Shown here in pieces: positions 26,801 through 39,019 of a stretch of DNA of 64,000 nucleotides. A program made the position numbers and the translations under genes. Within the stretch, counting starts at the first letter, position 1. Each line of letters opens with the position of its first letter. The stretch spans positions 2,728,001 through 2,792,000 of the forward strand of contig NC_043022.1 of NCBI RefSeq assembly GCF_006345805.1, read 5' to 3'. Below the pieces are notes generated by a model. The model worked only from the letters and a program-made list of their open reading frames with translations. It did not search any database and had not been told where the DNA came from. The DNA comes from Octopus sinensis (Eukaryota).

Positions 26801-29800
26801 CTGCCATCGCCACCACCATCACTGCCATCGCCACCACCACTGCCATCGCCACTACCACTGCCATCGCCACCACCATCACTGCCATCGCCACCACCACCAC
26901 TGCCATCGCCACCACCATCACTGCCATCGCCACCACCACTGCCATCGCCACCACCACCACTGCCATCGCCACCACCACCACTGCCATCGCCACCACCACC
27001 ACTGCCATCGCCACCACCACACCACTGCCATCGCCCACTACCACTGCCATCGCCACCACCCACTCCCATCGCCACCACCATCACTGCCATCGCCACCACC
27101 ATCACTGCCATCGCCACCACCACTGCCATCGCCACCACCATCACTGCCATCGCCACCACCATCACTGCCATCGCCACCACCATCACTGCCATCGCCACCA
27201 CCACTGCCATCGCCACCACCATCACTGCCATCGCCACTACCACTGCCATCGCCACCACCATCACTGCCATCGCCACCACCACCACTGCCATCGCCACCAC
27301 CACCACTGCCATCGCCACCACCATCAATGCCATCGCCACCACCATCACCCAACTCGCATCGCCCACCACCACTGCCATCGCCACTACCACTGCCATCGCC
27401 ACCACCACCACTGCCATCGCCACCACCACCACTGCCATCACCACTACCACTGCCATCGCCACCACCACTGCCATCGCACCACCATCACTGCCATCGCCAC
27501 CACCACTGCCATCGCCACCACCATCAGTGCCATCGCCACTACCACTGCCATCGCCACCACCATCACTGCCATCGCCACCACCATCACTGCCATCGCCACC
27601 ACATCACTGCCATCGCCAACCATCACTGCCATCGCCACCACCACTGCCATCGCCACCACCATCACTGCCATCGCACTACCACTGCCATCGCCACACCACC
27701 ATCACTGCCATCGCCACCACCATCACTGCCATCGCCACCACCATCACTGCCATCGCCACCACCACCACTGCCATCGCCACCACCACCACTGCCATCGCCA
27801 CCACCACCCCACTGCCATCGCCACTACCACTGCCATCGCCACCACCACGCATCGCCACCCCACATCACTGCCATCGCCACCACCACTGCCATCGCCACCA
27901 CCATCACTGCCATCGCCACCACCATCACTGCCATCGCCACCACCATTGCCAATCGCCACTGCATCGCCACCACACTGCCATCGCCACCACCACCACTGCC
28001 ATCGCCACCACCACCACTGCCATCGCCACCACCACCACTGCCATCGCCACCACCATCACTGCCATCGCCACCACCATCACTGCCATCGCCACCACCACTG
28101 CCATCGCCACCACCATCACTGCCATCGCCACCACCACTGCCATCGCCACCACCACCACTGCCATCGCCACCACCACCACTGCCATCGCCACCACCACTGC
28201 CATCGCCACCACCATCACTGCCATCGCCACCACCACCACTGCCATCGCCACCACCATCACTGCCATCGCCACCACCACTGCCCATCGCACCACCACCACT
28301 GCCATCGCCACCACCACCACTGCCATCGCCACACCACCACTGGCATCGCCACCACCACCTCTGCCATCGCCACACCACCACTGCCATCGCCACACCACCA
28401 CTGCCATCGCCACCACCACCACTGCCATCGCCACCACCACCACTGCCATCGCCCACACCACTGCCATCGCCACCACCACCACTGCCATCGCCACCACCAT
28501 CACTGCCATCGCCAACTACCACTGCCATCGCCACCCACCACCACTGCCATCGCCACCACCACCACTGCCATCGCCACCACCACCACTGCCATCGCCACCA
28601 CCACTGCCATCGCCACCACCACCACTGCCATCGCCACCACCACCACTGCCATCGCACCCCATCACTGCATCGCCACCACCACTGCCATCGCCACCACCAC
28701 CACTGCCATCGCCACCACCATCACTGCCATCGCCACGACCACTGCCATCGCCACCACCATCACTGCCATCGCCACCACCACCACTGCCATCGCCACCACC
28801 ATCACTGCCATCGCCACCACCACCACTGCCATCGCCACCACCACCACTGCCATCGCCACCACCACTGCCATCGCCACCACCACTGCCATCGCCACTACCA
28901 CTGCCATCGCCACCACCATCACTGCCATCGCCACCACCACTGCCATCGCCACCACCACCACTGCCATCGCCACCACCACCACTGCCATCGCCACCACCAC
29001 TGCCATCGCCACACCACCACTGCCATCGCCACCACCTCACTGCCATCGCCACCACCATCACTGCCATCGCCACCACCATCACTGCCTTCGCCACCACCAC
29101 TGCATCTCCGCACTACCACTGCCATCGCCACCACCACCACTGCCATCGCCACCACCCCACTGCCATCGCCCACCACCACCACTGCCATCGCCACCACCAT
29201 CACTGCCATCGCCCCCTCCACTGCCATCGCCACACACCACTGCCATCGCCACCACCATCACTGCCATCGCCCACCACCACCACTGCCATCGCACCACCAC
29301 CACTGCCATCGCCACTGCCATCACACCACCATCACTGCCATCGCCACCACCACTGCCATCGCCACCACCACTGCCATCGCCACCACCACCACTGCCATCG
29401 CCACCACCACCACTGCCATCGCCACCACCAATCACTCCATCGCCACCACCACTGCATCGCCACCACCCACCACTGCCATCGCCACCACCACCACTGCCAT
29501 CGCCACTACCACTGCCATCGCCACCACCATCACTGCCATCGCCACCACCATCACTGCCTTCGCCACCACCACTGCCATCGCCACTACCACTGCCATCGCC
29601 ACCACAACCACTGCCATCGCCACCACCACCACTGCCATCGCCACCACCACAACTGCCATCGCCACCACATCACTGCCATCGCCCTCCACACTGCCATCGC
29701 CACCACCATGCCATCGCCACCACCACCACTGCCATCGCCACCACCACCACTGCCATGCCGCCACACCACCACTGCCATCCACGCCACTGCCATCACCACC

Positions 29801-30767
29801 ACCATCACTGCCATCGCCACCACACTGCCATCGCCACCACCACTGCCATCGCCACCACCACCACTGCCATCGCCACCACCACCACTGCCATCGCCACCAC
29901 CACTGCCCATCGCCACCACCATCACTGCCATCGCCACCACCACCACTGCCATCGCCACCACCACCACTGCCATCGCCACCACCACCACTGCATCGCCACT
30001 ACACTGCCATCGCCACCACATCATGCACATCGCCACCACCACACTGCCATCGCCACCACCACTGCCATCCCCACCACCACCACTGCCATCGCCACCACCA
30101 CCACTGCCATCGCCACCACCACCACTGCCATCGCCACCACCACCACTGCCATCGCCACCACCACTGCCATCGCCACCACCACCACTGCCATCGCCACCAC
30201 CACCACTGCCATCGCCACCACCACCATGCCATCCACCACCACCACTGCCATCGCCACCACCATCACTGCCATCGCCACCACCACAAGCCCATCACCACCA
30301 CCACCACTGCCATCGCCACCACCATCACTGCCATCGCCACCACCACCACTGCCATCGCCACCACCACCACTGCCATCGCCACCACCACCACTGCCATCGC
30401 CACCACCATCACTGCCATCGCCACCACCACTGCCATCGCCACCACCACCACTGCCATCGCCACCACCATCACTGCCATCGCCACTACCACCACTGCCATC
30501 GCCACCACCACTGCCATCGCCACCACCACCACTGCCATCGCCACCACCACCATGCCATCGCCACCACCATCACTGCCATCGCCACCACCACCTGCCGCAT
30601 CATCGCCCACCACCATCACTGCCATCGCCACCACCACTGCCATCCACCACCACCACTGCCATCGCCACCACACCACTGCCATCGCCACTACCACTGCCAT
30701 CGCCACTACCACTGCCATCGCCACCACCACAAGCCCATCACCACCACCACTGCCACCGTCACCATCA
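23840..30767. repeat. ~6.9 kb tandem repeat of 18/21-bp units ACTGCCATCGCCACCACC(ACC/ATC), roughly 340 units
   Basis: Seen directly. The + strand has no TAA/TAG/TGA, which produces the 700-2300 aa ORFs. Confidence 0.98.
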
Positions 30768-31730
30768 GTGATTGATCCTCTAATATAGTACCCTTAGTAT
30801 AATACTTTATGGTTCTTTTTCGAGGGATGGATGAAAGCTGCAACAGAAATGGCTGAAAGAAGAATGTAGTTTGGCGCTTCACCATTTTCTATTGATTTTT
30901 TTTTTCTTTTTTTTTTTGCCCCTTGGACATTCAACTCTGTATATTTTGTTCTTGCTGTTGCCTATCACCCAGACCAGTCTTGAGTCAGCTGACCTACGGT
31001 CAAAGATATTTAAGGCCGTGATTATCCCATTCTTCGGGATATCAGGAATTACAAAGCATGTCCAAAACTCTGCCTTTCTACCTATTTTTTAAGGGTAGTA
31101 GGGTGTGATTTGAGGAAAAGTTTGGCTGCTATATCTAGCAGGTCAAGTGACCACAGAGGGGTTGACACATGGTGTGTATGTGCATTTGTATTTTGTGTGT
31201 GTGTGTGTGTGTGTGTTCAGTTTATTTTATCCATTATAAGCAGGGTTAGTCTTGATTGACCTCACCTATGGTCAGACATTTAAGGCCATGATCATCTCAT
31301 TCTTTTGAATATCAGGGACTACATGCCCAAAACCTTTCCCTTCTATCCATTTTTTAAGGGCAGTAGAGTGTGATATGAGGAAAAGTTTGGCTGCTATATC
31401 TAGCAGGTCACATGACCACATAGGGGTCGACACGTGTGTGTGTGTATGTATGTGTGTTCTTCAGTTTCTTGTATCCATTATAGGCAATATACTTTGTAGT
31501 ATATTCTGGTTGCTTAATGAAATACCAAGTACCTATAAGTCATTTATCTTATAATTATCTTTTACTTGTTTTAGTCATTAGGCTGTGGCCATGCTGGGGC
31601 ACCATCTTGAAGGGTTTTAGTTGACCAAATCTACCCCAGTGTTTTTGTATTTTTTTTTAAGGCTGGTACTCAGTCTGTCGTTATCCTTTTGTTGAACCGC
31701 TAAGTCATGGGTACCTAGAACCATGTGGTT

Positions 31731-32232
31731 TTGAAGCTTTGCCTCTCAAGTTCCACTCAAATGAATATGAAAGTATAATTTTTTTTCCTGTTTTTTTTTT
31801 CTTCTTTTCCGTCGCAGGCCTGTCAAGATGAACCGTCAAATCTGGAATGCATACATGTGTGTGTGTGTGTGGTGTGTATATGTATGTGTGTTCTTTAGTT
31901 TGTTGTATCCATTATAGGCAAGGGCCCTTTTGAAGCTTTGCCTCTCAAGTTCCACTCAAACGAATATGAAAGTATAATTTTCTTTTTCTTCTTTTCCGTC
32001 GCAGGCCTGTCAAGATGAACCGTCAAATCTGGAATGCATACACGTGTGTGTGTGTGTGTGTGTATGTATGTGTGTTCTTTAGTTTGTTGTATCCATTATA
32101 GGCAAGGGCCCTTTTGAAGCTTTGCCTCTCAAGTTCCACTCAAACGAATATGAAAGTATAATTTTCTTTTTCTTCTTTTCCGTCGCAGGCCTGTCAAGAT
32201 GAACCGTCAAATCTGGAATGTATACACAAGTC
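31731..32232 (+). repeat. ~185-bp tandem triplication containing the exon A acceptor and its first ~37 nt
   Basis: Pseudo-exon starts at 31818 and 32005; the real start is 32189. Confidence 0.93.
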
Positions 32233-32481
32233 GGAACTATTTCCTAAAAAGGAACTGGTGACAGAAGATCGCTACCTGCAGTTCCCTTTCCCTCTTTTGT
32301 GCGGAGAGTCTGTCGAGTACCTTGGCAAAATTGACGATGGCATCATAGCTCTGTCCAACTTCAGGGTCCTGATCAAATGTAAAGATTTATTTGCCAACGT
32401 CCCAATTGGACTGATTGAATTTGTTGAGACCAGAGACATTTTCCACATCGCAATATATTGTAAAGATGCTACAGTTGTCAA
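32189..32481 (+). CDS. MTMR3/MTMR4: MTMR3/4 exon A (N-terminus, PH-GRAM start): ACQDEPSNLECIH...KDATVV(K)
   Basis: Acceptor ttttccgtcgcag|GCC, donor AA|gtaagt; overlaps ORF 32258..32485. Confidence 0.93.
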
Positions 32482-34076
32482 GTAAGTAAACACCCGCCTT
32501 CTGAATCGTCCACTTTTTGTTGTTGTTGTTTAGTTTAAAATCAACATTGATCAAGCAAACCTGTGATAAAATAATACGTAGGAGTGGCTGTGTGGTAAGT
32601 AGCTTGCTAACCAACCACATGGTTCTGGGTTCAGTCCCACTGCGTGGCATCTCGGGCAAGTGTTTTCTGCTATAGCCCCGGGCCGACCAATGCCTTGTGA
32701 GTGGATTTGGTAGACGGAAACTGAAAGAAGCCCGTCGTATATATGTATATATATATAAGTGTGTGTGTGTATATGTTTGTGTGTGTGTTTGTGTGTCTGT
32801 GTTAGTCCCTCTAGCATTGCTTGACAACCGATGCTGGTGTGTTTACGTCCCCGTCACCTAGCGGTTCGGCAAAAGAGACCGATAGAATAAGTACTGGGCT
32901 TACAAAAGAATTAGTCCCGGGGTCGAGTTGCTCGATTAAAGGCGGTGCTCAAATGACTGAAACAAGTAAAAGAGTAAAGAGTATTCTAGTCTTATGGCTC
33001 AATGGTTACAGTGTCGGGCTCACAATCCTGAGGTAGTGAGTTCGATTCCCAGACCAGGCTGTGTGTTGTGTTCTTGAGCAAGACACTTTATTTCGCATTG
33101 CTCCAGTTCACTCAGCTGTAGAAATGAGTAGCGACATCACTGGTGCCAAGCTATATCGGCCCCTTTGCTTTCCCTTGGATAACATCAGTGGTGTGGAAAG
33201 GGGAGGCTGATATGCATGGGTGACTACTGGTCTTCCACAGACAATCTGGCCCTGACTTGTACCTCAGAAGAGAACTATCTAGGTGCAATCCCATGAGATC
33301 ATATTTGATTGAAGAGAGTCTTTACTCTTTATATATTTATATAAAAGGCGGCAAACTGGCAGAAACGTTAGTGCGCCGGGCGAAATGCGTAGCCGTATCT
33401 CATCTGCGGTTACGTTCTGAGTTCAAATTCCACCGAGGTTGACTTTGCCTTTCATCCTTTCGGGGTCGATAAATTAAGTACCAGTTGCGCACTGGGGTCA
33501 ATGTAATCGACTTAGTCCGTTTGTCTGTCCTTGTTTGTCCCCTCTATGTTTAGCCCCTTGTGGACAATAAGGAAATATATATATATATATTTTTCTCCTT
33601 GTCTTTGGATAACATCGGTGGAATGGAGATGGGTGACTGCTGGTCTTCTGTAAACAACTTTGCCTGGGCTTGGGCCTCGTAGGGTAACTTTATAGGTGCA
33701 ATCTCATAGTCATTCTTGACCGAAGGGGCCTTCTTTTTAGTTTAAAGCAGTGATTTCATGGGTGACTAATGCGTTGGACAGGTGTTGATGAAGGAGCTCA
33801 AAGTCGCAAAATATATATCATATATGCCCATTACCAATTTTTCATCTGCAATCTCACTCTTTGATTACATCTAGCATCTCAGATATAAAACGTAATTTAA
33901 AAAAAATAAATAAGGCGAAGGAGTGGCTGTGTGGTAAGTAGCTTGCTTACCAACCACATGGTTCTGGGTTCAGTCCCACTGCGTGGCATCTTGGGCAAGT
34001 ATCTTCTACTATAGCCTTGGGCCGACCAAAGCCTTGTAAGTGGATTTGATAGACGGAAACTGAAAGAAGCCCGTCG

Positions 34077-34111
<35 letters not shown>

Positions 34112-37100
34112 TTGTGTATCTGTGTTTGTCCCTCTAGCATTGCTTGACAACCGATGCTGGTGTGCTTACGTCCCCGTCACTTAGCGGTTCGGCAAAAGAG
34201 ACCGATAGAATAAATACTGGGCTTACAAAGAATAAGTCCCGGGGTCGATTTGCTCGACTAAAGGCGGTGCTCCAGCATGGCCGCAGTCAAATGACTGAAA
34301 CAAGGAAAAGAGTAAGTGCTGGCTATAATTTCTATAGACAATCTGTAGATCACGTTGAATACACCGGTTCTTGTCCGATCACCGAAGTTAAGCAACGTCG
34401 AGCCTAGTGAGTACTTAGATGGGTGACTGCTTGGGAAACCTAGGTGCTGTAAGTATCTCTCAAGCTTCTTTGATAACCTGGACGTTATCAAAGAAGCTTG
34501 AGAGGCGGTTGGATGGAACCTACACTCGCCTCCTTATGAGAGCTCAAAATCTCTCGTGGAAGCGCCATCCAACCAAAATGCAAATATATGGGAAACTACC
34601 ACCTGTGTCATCTCTTGTGAAAGGTAGGAGAGTCCAGTTTGCTGGACATTGTTGTAGAGCTGAAAAAGAGGTAATTTCTACTCTCCTCCCCTGGAAGCCA
34701 TCTACTCGCAATGCCAGAGGGCGCACACTCTCCTACCCTGATGTAATCTCCAGGGATACAGGCATCCAGCAATAGAACCTCCGTAATGCCATGATGGACC
34801 GTGAAGTCTGGCGTAGCATGGTAAATTCCATTGTCTCGACCACGGTCGAACAATGATGAATGATGATGTAAGTATCTCACATTTTTAAAGGTGGTGCTCA
34901 AGCATGGCCACAGTCAAATGTCTGAAACAAGTAAAAGGATAAATAACCTTAGCAGGTGATCTAAGAGCACTGCTAACACAGTAGAGCTTGGTATTGACTT
35001 AGAAAAGCATTCAGTATACTTTGTAGTATATTTTGGTTGCTTAATGAAATACCAAGTACCTATAAGTCATTTATCTTATAATTATCTTTTACTTGTTTTA
35101 GTCATTAGGCTGTGGCCATACTGGGGCACCATCTTGAAGGGTTTTAGTTGAACAAATCTACCCCAGTGTTTTTTTTTTTTTGTTTTTTTTAAGGCTGGTA
35201 CTCAGTCTGTCGTTATACTTTTGTTGAACTGCTAAGTCATGGGTACCTAGAACCATGTGGTTAGGAAGCAAACTTCTTGTCACACAGCCACACCTACACC
35301 AGTGTGTGTGTGTCTAGGTGTGGCTGTGTGGTAAGAAGTTTACTTCTCAACCACATGGTTCCAGGTTCAGTCTCACTGCGTGGCACCTCGGGCAACTGTT
35401 ATATCCCTGGGCTGACCAAAGCCTTGTGAGTGGATTTGGTAGACAGGAACTGAGAAAAGGCCATTATGTATGTATCCTACCATCACTTGACAACCAGTGT
35501 TGGTGTGTTTACATCACTCTAACTTAGCAATTTGGCAAAAGAGACTGACAGAATAAGTACCAGGCTTAAAAAAAAATTAAGTGCTTGGGTCATTTCGGCT
35601 GACTAAAATCTTCAAGGCAGTGCCCCAGCATGGCCACCTCTAATGTTTGAAACACGTAAAAAGAAAGTAAGATAAAAGGTGTTTATGTCATCATCATCAT
35701 CATCATCGTTTAACATCTGCTTTCCATGCTGGCATGGGTTGGATGGTTTGACCGGGGTCTGGGAAGCCAGGAGGCTGCACCAGGCTCCAATCTTGATCTG
35801 GCAAGGTTTCCACAGCTGGGTGCCCTTCCTAACACCAACCTCTCCAAGAGTGTAGTGGGTGCTTTTTACGTGCCAGCAGCGCGGGAGCCTGTCATGCATC
35901 ACTGGTATCAACCACACTCGAATGATGCTTTTTACATGCCACCAGCACAGGAATCATTTAGGAGGCACTAGAAACGACCACACTTGAACAGTGCTTTTTA
36001 CGTGCCACCAACACGAAACTATAAGAGAATTTGGTTGGTGGAAACTGTACAAGAGCCTGTTGCATGTGCACCTTTGAGTTTGTGCTTGTCTCCCCTTACA
36101 CTGTTTTACTGTGGGGATGGTTTGTTTATGTCCCTAAAATTTAGTTCAGCAAAAAAGAGACCAAAAGGTTGAATTCTTTGACTAAAGTTCTTTCAAGGCA
36201 GAGCCGTAGTATGGCCACAGTTCATTGAGGGGGTGAAAAAACCCCTTATGTAGTAGAATATATCAAAGTCTACACTATCCAGTCTGTCCTTTCTATTTCT
36301 GAAACAAGACAGAGTGATATGAGAGAGGTTTGACTGCTATTTTTAGCAGATTAAGTGACCAGATAAATGCTTCCTTTATTCTGGGGCTAAACAATGACTG
36401 CACTTATGAACACATCACATTCAGAGTCGTTGTTTAAGCCTAAATCAATAATGATCCAGCAAAGTCAGAATAGAAAGCATTCCAGCTGTGACCATCCTGC
36501 CTTATGCTTTCTCCAGACATAATGTCTCTCTACACTATTTAATATCAATTCCATTTTTTAAATCACAAAGTTTGATTTTTGTGGGCATTCTGACTGCTAT
36601 TTCTAGTAAGCCGAGCAACTGTATAGAGGCTCTTTAGCATATTTCTTGTAGTTTTGTCGAAGGCATCCAGTCTCTGTAGTATCAGCATGAAAGGGATGTG
36701 GTACAACTAACCCCCTGGATACTATGCTAGTCTATTACCGCATGTAGTTTCCACCCCAGGAGACTCGCCAATTAAAAGAACTGCTTGAGAGACAGATTGC
36801 TATTTCTCTCTCTCCATCTTTCTTGCTTGCTCTCTCTCTCTCTGTCTTTCTCTATTTGTCTCTCGTCTCTCTATCTCTATCTCTCTGTCTCTCTATCTCT
36901 ATCTCTCTGTCTCTCTAGTTGTCTCTCCCTCTCTCTTTGTCTCTCTCTCTCTCTTTGTCTCTCTCTCTCTCTTTGTCTTTCTCTCTTTCTTTGTCTCTCT
37001 CTTTTCTTTGTCTCTCTCTCTCTCTTTGTCTCTCTCTCTCTTTCTTTATCTCTCTCTCTCTGTCTCTCTCTTTGTTTCTCTTTCTCTCTCTCTCTCTCTC

Positions 37101-37458
37101 TCTGTCTTTCCCTCTCTCTCTGTCTCCCTCTCTCTCTGTCTCCCTCTCTCTTTGTCTCCCTCTCTCTTTCTCTCTCTCTCTCTATAATTGTCTCTCTCTC
37201 TCTCTCTGTCCATCTCTCCCTCTGTCTTTATCTTTCCTTCTCTTGCTATCTCTCTCTCTCTCTCTCTCTCACTCTTCCTCTGTCTCCCATCCCCCTCCCC
37301 CACCTCTTTTCTCTAATAAACATAATTACTCCTTTCATTTATCAGGAATGTTTTTTAATGTTTTCCTTTGAAAACCAAAAATCTTTCCTCTCCTCTCCTC
37401 TCCTCCTTTTTCACTCTCAATTGATTCCACATTAAAATATTGTCTTCTTGCTTTTCCA

Positions 37459-37495
<37 letters not shown>

Positions 37496-38973
37496 CATCA
37501 CTCTTCGCTTACCTCCCCTTACCTGTCTCCCTCCCCACCTCTATCATCCTCCTCCCCCCTCACTGTCTTACATAATTCTCATTTGATTCTATGCTTGGCT
37601 CTCCCTCTCTTTCTGCTCTCCCTGCCTTCCTGCTTCTCTCTCTCTTTCTGCTCTCCCTGCCTTCCTGCTTCTCTCTCTCTCTCTTTCTGCTCTCCCTGCC
37701 TTCCTGCTTCTCTCTCTCTCTCTTTCTGCTCTCCCTGCCTTCCTGCTTCTCTCTCCCCCCTCTCTCTAAACTCTCCCTCCGTCTCCTCTTTCTCTCCTTG
37801 ATATTCTCAATTGGATCCATTTTATAAAATACCGATTCCCCTGCCCACCCCCCACCCCACTTTCATCTTCAAACCTGACCACCACCACTTATCACTCAAT
37901 ACAGAGACAGAGAGAGAGAGAACTGTGTTAATACTCGGCTGTTGATTCAATTCCTGTGTGTCCCCTGCTAATGTTCTCCATGGCAACCATCTGAAAGCTC
38001 CAGCTCAGGTTATTGTTTAACCTATCAATTTACCCCCTTTTGAAACGGTTCTTGGCTTGGAACTATCTTCTTCTTCAGATTCTATTATTCACATTCCCAT
38101 TGTTCCATTTAATATGTTTCACAATAACATTCAGGCGCAGGAGTGGCTGTGGGGTAAGTAGCTTGCTAACCAACCACATGGTTCCGGGTTCAGTCCCACT
38201 GTGTGGCATCTTGGGCAAGTGTCTTCTGCTATAGCCCCGGGCCGACCAATGCCTTGTGAGTGGATTTGGTAGACGGAAACTGAAAGAAGCCCATTGTATT
38301 ATGTGTGTGTTTGTGTGTCTGTGTTTGACAACCGATGCTGGTGTGTTTACGTTCCCGTCACTTAGCGGTTCGGCAAAAGAGACCGATAGAATAAGTACTG
38401 GGCTTACAAAGAATAAGTCCCGGGGTCGAGTTGTTCGACTAAAGGCTGTGCTCCAGCATGGCCGCAGTCAAATGACTGAAACAAGTAAAAGAGTATACTT
38501 TCATGCCACATGTTGATAACATCACATGCTCATATTGTCACATGTTGATAATGTCACATGTCAATAATGTCACATCTGTGAGATTTTTTTTTCACAAGAG
38601 ATTGAGGATAGTACATGTTGAAGAAGTGTAATTATTTCTGTCTCCATTTGCTCTCCACAGTGACTCTGATCATTCAGATAAAACATATTTAATCAAGATA
38701 GCTGAACAGCTTATCAAGGAACCATTTTGTCTCGTTTGTTTGTGCCTCTTAACCTCCTTACTGCCACACATCGAATGGAAAACACTGTCTCTACGTTTTG
38801 ATTAATTTTTAAAATAATAAACAAGCATAGGACGCGGGAGTGGCTGTGTGGTAAGTAGCTTGCTTACGAACCACATGGTTCCGGGTTCAGGCCCACTGCG
38901 TGGCACCTATAGCCTCGGGCCGACCAATGCCTTGTGAGTGGATTTGGTAGGTGGAAACTGAAAGAAGCCCGTC

Positions 38974-39019
<46 letters not shown>

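Noticed and set aside
23698-30788. 702-2316 aa ORFs (extensin-, mucin- or His-rich-like) and their antisense GDGSGGG/VVAMA ORFs
   Set aside because: All three + frames are open only because the repeat lacks stop triplets. Motif phase flips at single-base indels, and there is no credible start, splice context or unique domain.
34347-34453. Functional 5S rRNA gene
   Set aside because: Solitary copy with a degraded 5' end, altered box C and helix mismatches, and its terminator is displaced by the RTE insertion.
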